From: Octopus sinensis | Taxonomy: Eukaryota | Length of the DNA stretch: 64,000 nt | Reading direction: 5' to 3' | Assembly (NCBI RefSeq): GCF_006345805.1 | Contig: NC_042997.1 | Location: 143,096,001-143,160,000, forward strand | Shown: piece after piece, positions 1 through 12,300 of the stretch | Position numbering within the stretch: the first letter of the stretch is position 1 | Layout: every line of letters begins with the position of its first letter | Position numbers and translations under genes: made by a program | Notes under the pieces: model-generated | Database searches by the model: none | Seen by the model: the letters and a program-made list of their open reading frames with translations, nothing else | Told to the model about the DNA's origin: nothing

Positions 1-229
1 TGGGTCTGATATGGCTGGATTGAAAGAGAGTGGGGGGGAAAGCAAAAGCATTCAACTGAACTGTACTGTTGACAGTGAATGTTCTGTCTTGTCCTGGTAT
101 TGTAGAAGTCATAGCATTTTCTTTTCGACAACTACATGAAAATAAAAGGAATTATTGGTTAGGAGAATCAACTATATTTTTGTCATTTGAAGCAGTTTCA
201 TTCAGGCAAAGTATCTTATTTATTTACAG

Positions 230-314
230 AAAATTGTTTAAACGGTACTCTAAAGAACGCCACCAACACCACCTCCACCAATAGCACAGAGCTGCCGTGT
301 GTACCGCAAGTAAG
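230..314 (+). CDS. SUCO: SUCO exon ((E)NCLNGTLKNATNTTSTNSTELPCVPQV-R)
   Basis: Acceptor tttatttacag, donor AAG|gtcagt, phase 2 fits the next exon. Four N-x-S/T sequons suit a lumenal domain. Confidence 0.7.
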
Positions 315-3300
315 GTCAGTACTTTGATAAGTCACCAATTTCTTATTTCCTTTGAATTTGATTTTTGCAATTTTTAAAAATACTTTTTATCTTTTACTTG
401 TTTCAGTCATAGACTGCAGCCATGCTGGGGCACTGTCTTGAAGGGTTCAGTCGATCAAATTGACCCCAGTACTTATTTTTTAAGTTTGGTACTTATTCTA
501 TCGATCTCTTTCATTAAACTGCTAAGTAATGGTGGTATAAACAATCCGATGCCAGTTGTCCAGTGGTGGCGGTGGGGTGGGAACAAACACAAAGACACAC
601 ACACACACATTTATATACAAGTTTCCATCTACCAAATTTACTAACAAGGTATTAGCCAGTCTGAAACTATAGTAGAAAACACTTGCCCAAGATGAGACTG
701 AACTTGAAACCAAGTGGTTGTGATGAAAAAAACTTCTTAACCACACAGCCATGCCTGCTCCATAAAATACAATACTAAACACATTTTAAAACTGATTCCT
801 AATTTTTACCGACTATTTAGTAATGAATCTAGCGAAGTTCTTTATTGCTTCTATTCCCTGTATATCTTGCCTTTATTTGTGATATCAAGTGAGAAAGGAA
901 GGCAATAAACCATTGATTTAGTGACCATATAATTAATTTACAAAGTGTTATATTATAGTTCTTTTATCATTATTATTATTTTTCTTGAACCCTAGGAGTC
1001 ATAAGGTTGGTTACCCTGTTTTTATGATATCTAAGTGACCAAGATAACAACATTCCTTCTGAATGGGATGCAGGTGTGTTTCAGGATTCAAAACCAGCAA
1101 GTTTACTTGAGGGGATGGGGGCAAGTTGATTACATCAACCACAGTACTTGACTGGTACTTAGTTTTATTGACCCTGAATGAGATGGAAAGCAAAGTTGAC
1201 CTCAGCAGCATTTGAACTCAGAACATAAAAGAGCTAGAAGAGACACCACTAAGCAATTTTTCTGACGTTTGTAATGGTTCTGCCAGCTGACTGCCTTAGC
1301 AACATTGAACTTTGTAATCAAAATTAAGATATCATAAATGAGACTGCCTGTGAGTAATTTTGTTTAAATTCTAAAATTACAAATTAAAATCAATTTGTGA
1401 TTTCAGTTTTTCTGAACATATTGCAGTATAAATTAATGTAATTCACTCCCAATTCACATGAGAAAATATTATTCATACTGTTTTATATTTTGCAGGGTTA
1501 ACGCTAGTACAACAACCAAAGCAATTGAGCCTTCTTCAGCAAGTGAACAGATACAGCCTTCGGTGCCTGAAGGTTCTGTCAGTCAAATACCAGGTAAGAA
1601 TTATTTCTAATTTTCCTTGTAACAATTGAGACGTTTGGAAATTTTTTTTTCTCATTTTACCTATTATCTTTTGCTTGTTTCAAGTCATTGGACTATGGCC
1701 ATGTTGGAACAAATCAAGCCCAGAATTTTTTTTAAGGTCTGAGACTTATTCTATTGATCTCTTTTGCAAAACTGCCAAGTTATGGGGACATAAATCAACA
1801 CCAGGTGTCAAGCAGTGACAGGAGGACAACCACACTGATACACACACACTTGTGATGGGCTTCCACACAGTTTCCATCTACCAGATTCACTCACAAGACA
1901 TTGGTCAGCCTGGAGCTATAGCAGAAGATGCCCAAGTTGCTGCCAATAGGATTGAACCTGATACCACATGGTTGCAAAGTAAGCTTTTCAGCCACACAGC
2001 CATGCATGCTATTTGAATTTCTGACTTACAAATCTTTTTATCTTTTTATTTTTTGTCTTTCCAGAAAGCTCTGTCCAGTCTCCCAGTGAAAAGTTAGTTA
2101 CTATATTAAATGATGATGAACAGGTTCCAATATCGGACACAGCTTCAAATGAACCAATGGTAAAGCTTATTGAAAGTGAAGAGCAACACCATCCTGCTGT
2201 TTTAAGCAGTTACATCACTTGCTGTCTTACATGCCCTTTGAAAAAAACTAGTACCAAGTATTCTAGCTCTCGGTCTTTAAAATGTCAGTTTTTGAAGAGA
2301 GTATCTGCCATTGCTACATCATCCAAAAAAGATTCCATTTCGTGGAAGGTTCCTCTTGTAAGTAAAATTGTTGAGGAGCCGTCTGCAGCTCATACGTCTG
2401 ACACTGATTTACTCACTCAAAGTATTTTGCATTCAGCAGATCGTAAATCTGACCAAGACATTGTTACACTAGAAACTGAAACAAGTTCGTCACATTCAAC
2501 CAAACCTGCAAATTTAACAGTTTCAGAACCAACAGCAAGTCTCTATCCTAGCTCTGAAGTGCACACAGCTTTAAAAAATGAAAAAACTAAACTAACAGAT
2601 CAGAAATCTTCACAGAGTTCTGTTGTAGCACAAGTAATTTCAAAGGATGAACATTCTGAGTCTGAATCTGTCTCAAGTTTACCAAAGGAGGAGGTGAATG
2701 AAACCAGTTTTGTCAGTGATATACCTTCTACGGAGCCAAAGACAGCTTCATCCAAAATGGCATCTTCAGGTGGAGTACCTGTTGATTTCCGGACTCCAGC
2801 CACTACACTTTATATCGAACCAAGTTCCACATCTGTAAAACAAGTTGAGCTAAATGGGGTCACATCCGAGCATTACGATTCCCATTTGTCCCCTTCCGAT
2901 CTTTTATTTTCAAAATCAGCATCTACTGCCTCCTTATTAGATAAACAAGATGTAACACTGGGTATCAAGTCTGACGACAAAGCTAAATTGAAGGAAACTG
3001 AGAGTAACATCATCACCACTGCAAGCCTTCCTAAAAGTGGGGAGGAAATGGAGCCAACTGGGGCAAATATTGTACCCACAAGAGTCTCTGACTCTCGTTC
3101 CAAAGCCGTAGTCCCAGAGTCTTCATCCATATCTATTTCATCAATGACACCCGAAGACAAAGTGGTGAAGGCTGTGAATATCACTGACCCTAAGGTAGAT
3201 AGTAAAGGTCGGCCTTTATACACATTAGTTCGTGTTGGTCTGCCACCAGCTGGAAAAAGAGAATCCGCTATAATGAGGCTGAATAACCGCATCAAAGCAC

Positions 3301-6300
3301 TGGAACTTAATGTCTCCCTCAGTAGTAGGTAAGTTGTTATTAACCATAAGGTTTTCATTTCTTCAATCTGAATTCATTTCTTGTTGTTGCTGTTTAGGCA
3401 CAAGTCAGCCCCCATTTGAATAGGTGTATGTGATCAAAGACATTCCAACCATAACCATCTTGTCTTTATTTTATTTTCAGACATGTACTATGGTCTGTTA
3501 TATCTATCATAGATTTTTAAGACAAAAAGGTATAGTTTGAACCAGAACTTTGGTTGCTGTTTCTAGCAGTCAAAGGTGCAGGACCTAGTTGTTAGTGTAT
3601 TGCACTCATAATTGTAAGATTAGGGTTTCAATTCCAGGGCTAGGTAGTGTATTGTGTTCTTGAGCAAAATATTTCATTTTGCAACAAAAGAATTTAGAAA
3701 TTTCAAGAGAACATGAAATAATTCTTTTTTCAAACGATAGATCTCAAAGCAAATAAAGCTATAAATAAGAGTGCAAATATTGGTTTAAAAAACCCCTTGG
3801 ATAGAAAAAGTCAGTCTAGCCATGAAATGCAACCCATGCCTTCTGTAAATATGATAGGTGTTCTACCATTTCACATTGCCCCAGTTCACTCAGCTGTTAA
3901 TGAGTTCCAGCAATAGCTGGGAAGATAATGCTGAGATGGACTGATGTCCCGATCAGTGGGAAAAGCATTGTAATATCAATCACTGATATGCTATGGAAAC
4001 CATATTAACCTTTGGCCTTATGAGTCCTCAGTCATGATAGACCTAGGTATTTCTAGCAGGCCAAGCAACCACATAGAGGCTTCTTCATTAGTTTGTTAAT
4101 GAATTGTCTGAGGTAATTTATGAATATTTATTTCTTTATTACCCATGGTGGGGCTAAACAGAGGGGACAAACAAGGACAGACAAAGGGATTAAGTTGATT
4201 ACATCGACTCCAGTACACAACTAGTACTTGATTTATCGACCCCCAAAAGGAGGAAAACCAAAGCCAACCTCAGTGGAATTTGAACTCAGAACAAAAGACA
4301 AACGAGATATCACTAAGCATTTTGCCTGGCCTGCTAACATTTCTGCCAGCTCGCCACCTTAGTAATTTATGAATACTGGTGGTCAAAAAGTGAATTTGTA
4401 AGAGATTAATGAAATTGCAGGAAATACCAAAGATTGCCATTTTTTATTTTGTCATTCTAAGGCATAAAAGGCTGACTTTACATATTCTGTAAATCTTAGA
4501 CTTGTTTCAGTCATTGGCCTGTGGCCATGCTAGGGCACCATGTTGAAATGATTTAGTTCAGGGGCTATCAACTATTTTTTAAGTTATCGTTATAGATATT
4601 TAAGATCTATCTCCCTTACAGGGCTGATTAGAAATTGGCTGCCGGTTCTTCGCGGGCCCCCCCCCCTCTTTTTACATTGTCTGTCTGGACTCCTCTTCCT
4701 ACTCCTCGACATGGCTATGCATACTTAAGCTAGTAACCTGCCTCACTCTTGATTCCGAATTCCTTTTGCCAAGTCTGTCCGTAAACGAAGTGATCCCAAG
4801 ATAAGAAATCTTTGAACTTTAATTCATCCGTATCTCTATTTATTATTATTATTTATTAATTATTATTATTCTGATCCCCCTAGTCGCCACTCTGTTTACT
4901 ATTTCAGCCTCGCCTCGTTTTTGCATATTCTGTATAATTCACTAGTTATCGTTATAGATATTTAAGATCTATCTCCCTTACAGGGCTGATTAGAAATTGG
5001 CTGCCGGTTCTTCGCGGGCCCCCCCCCCTCTTTTTACATTGTCTGTCTGGACTCCTCTTCCTACTCCTCGACATGGCTATGCATACTTAAGCTAGTAACC
5101 TGCCTCACTCTTGATTCCGAATTCCTTTTGCCAAGTCTGTCCGTAAACGAAGTGATCCCAAGATAAGAAATCTTTGAACTTTAATTCATCCGTATCTCTA
5201 TTTATTATTATTCTGATCCCCCTAGTCGCCACTCTGTTTACTATTTCAGCCTCGCCTCGTTTTTGCATATTCTGTATAATTCACTAGTTATCGTTATAGA
5301 TATTTAAGATCTATCTCCCTTACAGGGCTGATTAGAAATTGGCTGCCGGTTCTTCGCGGGGTTTCTCTCCCCCTCTTTTTACATTGTCTGTCTGGACTCC
5401 TCTTACTCCTCGACATGGCTATGCATACTTAAGCTAGTAACCTACCTCACTCTTGATTCCGAATTCCTTTTGCCAAGTCTGTCCGTAAACGAAGTGATCC
5501 CAAGATAAGAAATCTTTGAACTTTAATTCATCCATATCTCTATTTATTATTATTATTTATTAATTATTATTATTCTGATACCCCTAGTCGCCACTCTGTT
5601 TACTATTTCAGCCTCGCCTCGTTTTTGCATATTCTGTATAATTCACTAGTTATCGTTATAGATATTTAAGATCTATCTCCCTTACAGGGCTGATTAGAAA
5701 TTGGCTGCCGGTTCTTCACGGGGTTTCTCTCCCCCTCTTTTTACATTGTCTGTCTGGACTCCTCTTCCTACTCCTCGACATGGCTATGCATACTTAAGCT
5801 AGTAACCTGCCTCACTCTTGATTCCGAATTCCTTTTGCCAAGTCTGTCTGTAAACGAAGTGATCCCAAGATAAGAAATCTTTGAACTTTAATTCATCCGT
5901 ATCTCTATTTATTATTATTATTTATTAATTATTATTATTCTGATCCCCCTAGTCGCCACTCTGTTTACTATTTCAGCCTCGCCTCGTTTTTGCATATTCT
6001 GTATAATTCACTAGTTATCGTTATAGATATTAAGATCTATCTCCCTTACAGGGCTGATTAGAAATTGGCTGCCGGTTCTTCGCGGGCCCCCCCCCCTCTT
6101 TTTACATTGTCTGTCTGGACTCCTCTTCCTACTCCTCGACATGGCTATGCATACTTAAGCTAGTAACCTGCCTCACTCTTGATTCCGAATTCCTTTTGCC
6201 AAGTCTGTCCGTAAACGAAGTGATCCCAAGATAAGAAATCTTTGAACTTTAATTCATCCGTATCTCTATTATTATTATTATTTATTAATTATTATTATTC

Positions 6301-9300
6301 TGATCCCCCTAGTCGCCACTCTGTTTACTATTTCAGCCTCGCCTCGTTTTTGCATATTCTGTATAATTCACTAGTTATCGTTATAGATATTTAAGATCTA
6401 TCTCCCTTACAGGGCTGATTAGAAATTGGCTGCCGGTTCTTCGCGGGCCCCCCCCCCCTCTTTTTACATTGTCTGTCTGGACTCCTCTCCTACTCCTCGA
6501 CATGGCTATGCATACTTAAGCTAGTAACCTGCCTCACTCTTGATTCCGAATTCCTTTTGCCAAGTCTGTCCGTAAACGAAGTGATCCCAAGATAAGAAAT
6601 CTTTGAACTTTAATTCATCCGTATCTCTATTATTATTATTATTTATTAATTATTATTATTCTGATCCCCCTAGTCGCCACTCTGTTTACTATTTCAGCCT
6701 CGCCTCGTTTTTGCATATTCTGTATAATTCACTAGTTATCGTTATAGATATTTAAGATCTATCTCCCTTACAGGGCTGATTAGAAATTGGCTGCCGGTTC
6801 TTCGCGGGGTTTCTCTCCCCCTCTTTTTACATTGTCTGTCTGGACTCCTCTTCCTACTCCTCGACATGGCTATGCATACTTAAGCTAGTAACCTGCCTCA
6901 CTCTTGATTCCGAATTCCTTTTGCCAAGTCTGTCCGTAAACGAAGTGATCCCAAGATAAGAAATCTTTGAACTTTAATTCATCCGTATCTCTATTTATTA
7001 TTATTATTTATTAATTATTATTATTCTGATCCCCCTAGTCGCCACTCTGTTTACTATTTCAGCCTCGCCTCGTTTTTGCATATTCTGTATAATTCACTAG
7101 TTATCGTTATAGATATTTAAGATCTATCTCCCTTACAGGGCTGATTAGAAATTGGCTGCCGGTTCTTCACGGGGTTTCTCTCCCCCTCTTTTTACATTGT
7201 CTGTCTGGACTCCTCTTCCTACTCCTCGACATGGCTATGCATACTTAAGCTAGTAACCTGCCTCACTCTTGATTCCGAATTCCTTTTGCCAAGTCTGTCT
7301 GTAAACGAAGTGATCCCAAGATAAGAAATCTTTGAACTTTAATTCATCCGTATCTCTATTTATTATTATTATTTATTAATTATTATTATTCTGATCCCCC
7401 TAGTCGCCACTCTGTTTACTATTTCAGCCTCGCCTCGTTTTTGCATATTCTGTATAATTCACTAGTTATCGTTATAGATATTTAAGATCTATCTCCCTTA
7501 CAGGGCTGATTAGAAATTGGCTGCCGGTTCTTCGCGGGGTTTCTCTCCCCCTCTTTTTACATTGTCTGTCTGGACTCCTCTTCCTACTCCTCGACATGGC
7601 TATGCATACTTAAGCTAGTAACCTGCCTCACTCTTGATTCCGAATTCCTTTTGCCAAGTCTGTCCGTAAACGAAGTGATCCCAAGATAAGAAATCTTTGA
7701 ACTTTAATTCATCCGTATCTCTATTTATTATTATTATTTATTAATTATTATTATTCTGATCCCCCTAGTCGCCACTCTGTTTACTATTTCAGCCTCGCCT
7801 CGTTTTTGCATATTCTGTATAATTCACTAGTTATCGTTATAGATATTTAAGATCTATCTCCCTTACAGGGCTGATTAGAAATTGGCTGCCGGTTCTTCGC
7901 GGCGCTCCCGCCCTACCCACCCCCACCACCAATACCGGATATCTCTATTTTGCTCCAACTATACCGGATGTCGTTTCTCCCACCATTATAGGTGTCTACT
8001 CTTTGAACCCCCCTCTTCAATACGCTATTTCACCATGCATTACCCCTCTCTCGATATCCTACGTTCTACTTGCCTAGAACCTGTCCTCTGAACCACCCCT
8101 CCCGCTGGTGCTCCCCTATATTTCTGCACCCCCACCACCACCATTATAGGTGTCTACTCTTTGAACCCCCCTCTTCAATACGCTATTTCACCATGCATTA
8201 CTCCTCTCTCGATATCCTACGTTCTACTTGCCTAGAACCTGTCCTCTGAACCACCCCTCCCGCTGGTGCTCCCCTATATTTCTGCACCCCCCCCCATAAA
8301 AAAAGCACCATCCGAACGTGGCCGATGCCAGACCCCTCTGGCACCTGTGCAGGTGGCACGTAAAAAACACCCACTACACTCGCGGAGTGGTTGGCGTTAG
8401 GAAGGGCATCCAGCTGTAGAAACACTGCCAGACTAGACTGGAGCCTGGGGCAGTCCCGAGCTCTCCAGACCCCGGTCGAAACCGTCCAACCCGTGCTAGC
8501 GCGGAAAACGGACGTTAAACGATGATGATGATGATGATGAAACCCCTTTGATTATTTTATTTTATTTTTGGTGGACCCCCCCCCCCCCCCGCAATAACCA
8601 TTCAATGTTTTTTTTTTCTTTTTCACACATTCACTTGTGTAGATTGAACTATATAAAATGTTAAAGAAAGGAACTGAGCTGTTTCTTGCAATACATACAT
8701 CTGAAGTGGAATCTTTTTAGGGGCCCTTAAAATACTATTGTAGATGTCCCATTTACTATTTTGTTGCATGGACACCCAAAAATTTTATATGGACCCTCTG
8801 GGGCCATATTGGACCCTGGTTGAGACCCACTGATTGAGTTGAAGAAATCGCCCCCAGTACTTATTTTTTAAGTCTGGTACTTATTCTATCGGTTTCTTTG
8901 CTGAACCGCTAAGTTATGGAGATGTAAATGAATCAACAATAGCTGTGTGGGGTACACACACACACAATGTATGTATATATGTATATATGTATATATATGC
9001 AACTGGTTTCCAGACACTATATATCTATTACATTCACTCATAAGGCTTTGGTCAACTCAGGGCTACTGTAGGGAATCACTTGCCCAAGGTGCCATGCAGT
9101 GAGACTGCACCCAAAGCCACATTGTTGCAAAGTGAGCTTCTTGACCACAAAGCCATTCCTGTGACTAATATTTTGGGGAATTTATTTGGTGGTAAAGAAT
9201 GGTCAGTTGCTGAACATTGGTAACATTAAGGACTGTCAATTAAACCTTTTGGTTAGAAGTGAAATACCCTGACTTTTTATTAAACTGTAAACTTTTCTCT

Positions 9301-12300
9301 CTGGCAGATTTCTGGATGAGTTGAGTCAACGATATCGCAAACAGTCAGAAGAAATGATGCATTTTCTAAACAAAACAGTGGCACGTCTTGGAAATGTAAC
9401 AAAAAAGACTCAGGAAACGGTTGGTACCATTTTTCAGATTTTTTTTTGAAACATCATCATTGATTATCCATTAAATAATTTGTTTGATTGTTAATTATTG
9501 AACAATTCCAGTCATCATCATCATTTAACGTCTGCTGTTCTGTGCTTGCATGGGTCAGGCAGGATTTGTTAAAACAGATTTTTCTGCAGCCACATGCCCT
9601 TTCTGTAACCAAGTCCCATTTGTTTCCAAGCCAAGTAATATTTTCCTGTAGCAAGACATGTTTTACATGGAAGACTGGAAACAAGCAACCTCACTAGTAT
9701 GATGCTGATACTCTCTTAGAATCATTGTCTGATGTCTAGATAAAGGTTTAAATATACATGCATGTACTTACACATACAAATATGTGTGTGTGTGTGCATA
9801 TATATCATGGCACTCCATCGGTTACAACAACGAGGGTTCCAGTTGATACGATCAATGGAACAGCCTGCTCATGAAATTAACATGCAAGTGGCTGAGCACG
9901 CCACAAGCACTTGTACACTTAGCGTAGTTCTCGGGGTGGGTTGGCGGGGTTCAGCATGACACAGAGTCTGACAAGGCTGGCCCTTTGGAATACAGGTACA
10001 ATAGAAACAGGAAGAAAGAGTGAGAGAAAGGTGTGATGAAAGAATACACCAGGGCTCGCTGCTGGCTTTCCAGACCTCAGTCAAACCATCCAACCCATGC
10101 CAATATGGAAAATGGATGTTAAACAATGACGATAATGAATTATTGGCATGTTAAAAAATTAAAATCAGTTGCTATATGTATACCATTTAACCATCTGTCA
10201 TTTCTAAATCTTCTTATATTATGTTATAAAATTAATACTTATCAATATCTATAAAGCTGAAATGCGAAAAAGTTGTTTGATTTCTTGGTTATTTGTCTCA
10301 TTTTGGGATGGAAACGGTTTAAGGGGTGGTAGATGGGGTCGGATTGGCGCCAAAATTTACACTGGGGCGTAAAATGGGGTGGGCAATGGTGTGAGGAGGG
10401 TTGCAAGTCGCTGGGGCTACCGTTTGGTTGCCATGGTGAGGAATATGGGAAAAATTGAGTTTTATGGGATAGACAGGTTGCACTGTTTGAATAATGGTGG
10501 CTTTTCGTGTTGCTGCAGGGGCTAGAGGCGGTTATCTTTAATTGTGGGTGTAAAAATTTGGGGGATGTTGGAAAGGGGGGTAAAGAAGAGGGCAATAAGA
10601 AGAACCAGGCAAAGAAGACAAACAAAAGGAGGGAAAAGGAGACAACACCACCACCAAAACCTGAACGAAGTATGGGTCAAAATAGCTAGTTTTATATTTC
10701 TTTCTTTATTGCCCACAGGGGGCTAAACATAGAGGGGACAGACAAAGGGATTAAGTCGATTACATTGATCCCTGTGCGTAACTGGTACTTATTTAATCAA
10801 CCCTGAAAGGATGAAAGACAAAGTCAACCTCCGTGGAATTTGAACTCAGAATGTAAAGGCAGGCCAAATACCACTAGGCATTTCGCCTGGTGTGCTAACG
10901 TTTCTGCCAGCTTGCTGCCTTATTTTATATTATACCTCTTAACTGTTTACCATTTGTAAATGTTTTTATATTCAGGTTCAGAAGCATGAAATACATCTCA
11001 CAATCTTGGAATCTAGACTAGACAACTTGACACTGGCAGTTTCTCAGCTCACTGAAAACATGGATAATTTAACAAGACAGGTAATTTTTTTTACTATTTG
11101 ATATTCTTTTATATTTTAATTAACAAATCAGAGTTACCTGCTGTGATCCTACCAATCCAGGGTGGTGGATTGGCTGAACTACTGCTAAGATGGTCAGGCA
11201 AAAAGCCTTGCAACATCTGTTTTATATATCAACACCACCTGTGAGAACAGTAGTACCGTGTTTTTTGACTCAAGTTGGCAGCCTTTCACTTAGATAAACA
11301 TAGAGAGGGAAGACATAGATGCAGGATTCATGCATTAGCAACCTTGATCAAGGTATAATAATGCAAATGGCAGAACCTCCATCTCCATATCTTTCTTTCT
11401 TTCTCTCTGTACAATTCTAGCTTCCAAGGGAGATAACTCTTATTGGTTTTATTTCCCTTCCATCATCATCGTTTAACATCCATCTATGTATATGCATGGG
11501 TAGGACGGATGACAGGAGCTGGCCAGGTAGTAAAAATACCCTAGGCTACTGTGTCTGTTTTGACAGGGATTTTACGGCTGGATGCCCTTCCTAATACCAA
11601 CCAGTCCGTAGAGTGGACTCAGTGCTTTTTACATGGCACTAGTACAGGCGAAGTTAGTTTTGGCATGATTTTTACAGCTGGATGCCCTTTCAAATGCCAA
11701 CCATGTTACAGTGTGGACTGGATGCTTCCTTTGTCACTGTAAATGTATTTTCGCCTCTGTTGGTACTATGGGGTACCATCTTTAACATCCATTTTCCATG
11801 CTGGCATTGGACAGATTAACAGGAACTGACGGGTCCTAAGACTGCATTGTATTCCAACACCTACTTTGGCATGGTTTCTATAGCTGCCTGTCCTTCCTAA
11901 CCCATTCACTTTACAGAGTCTTCTGGTTGTGTGTTTCATGGCATCAGTACTAATGAGGTCGCCATTAATAACATATTTTTTGGCAAATATAATGAATGAG
12001 AAACTTGTATTAATTTAATAAATATTTTTTTTAAAGTTAGTCTTCAACTAATTACTTTGAATAAAATGAAATTATAATTACTGTCCCTATGTAGTATTAT
12101 CTGATAGTGGAGGCGCAATGGCCCAGTGGTTAGGGCAGCGGACTCGCGGTCATAGGATCGCAGTTTCAATTCCCAGACCGGGCGTTGTGAGTGTTTATTG
12201 AGCGAAAACACCTAAAAGATCCACGAGGCTCCGGCAGGGGATGGTGGTGATCCCTGCTGTACTCTTTCACCACAACTTTCTCTCACTCTTACTTCCTGTT

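Larger units (their letters stand above)
4559..8832. mobile_element. Non-autonomous hAT (Charlie-like) element interrupted by a ~3.96 kb insertion
   Basis: TIRs CAGGGGCTATCAAC and (reverse complement) CAGTGGGTCTCAAC match 11/14. 8-bp TSD ATTTAGTT (4551-4558) and ATTGAGTT (8833-8840). The flanks rejoin as one SINE (4495-4558 plus 8841-9170). Confidence 0.75.

Noticed and set aside
438-782. ORFs 438..644 and 522..782, and similar ones at 17953, 21008, 21437, 25876, 57435 and 60574
   Set aside because: They translate the same SINE family (recurring SIYQIHSQG-type peptides); not genes.
2600-3358. Minus-strand ORFs 2600..2803 and 2873..3358
   Set aside because: Antisense shadows of the SUCO large exon.
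4582-4620. Helitron 3' end (hairpin then CTAG-T on the - strand) at monomer junctions
   Set aside because: The outermost junction at 4582 lacks CTAG and the hairpin is short and AT-rich; kept only as an alternative.
4582-7902. CRISPR-like array
   Set aside because: Whole units are repeated with no unique spacers, the host is eukaryotic and there are no cas genes.
12107-12180. tRNA gene
   Set aside because: No proper acceptor stem; continues into a SINE body bounded by a TSD.
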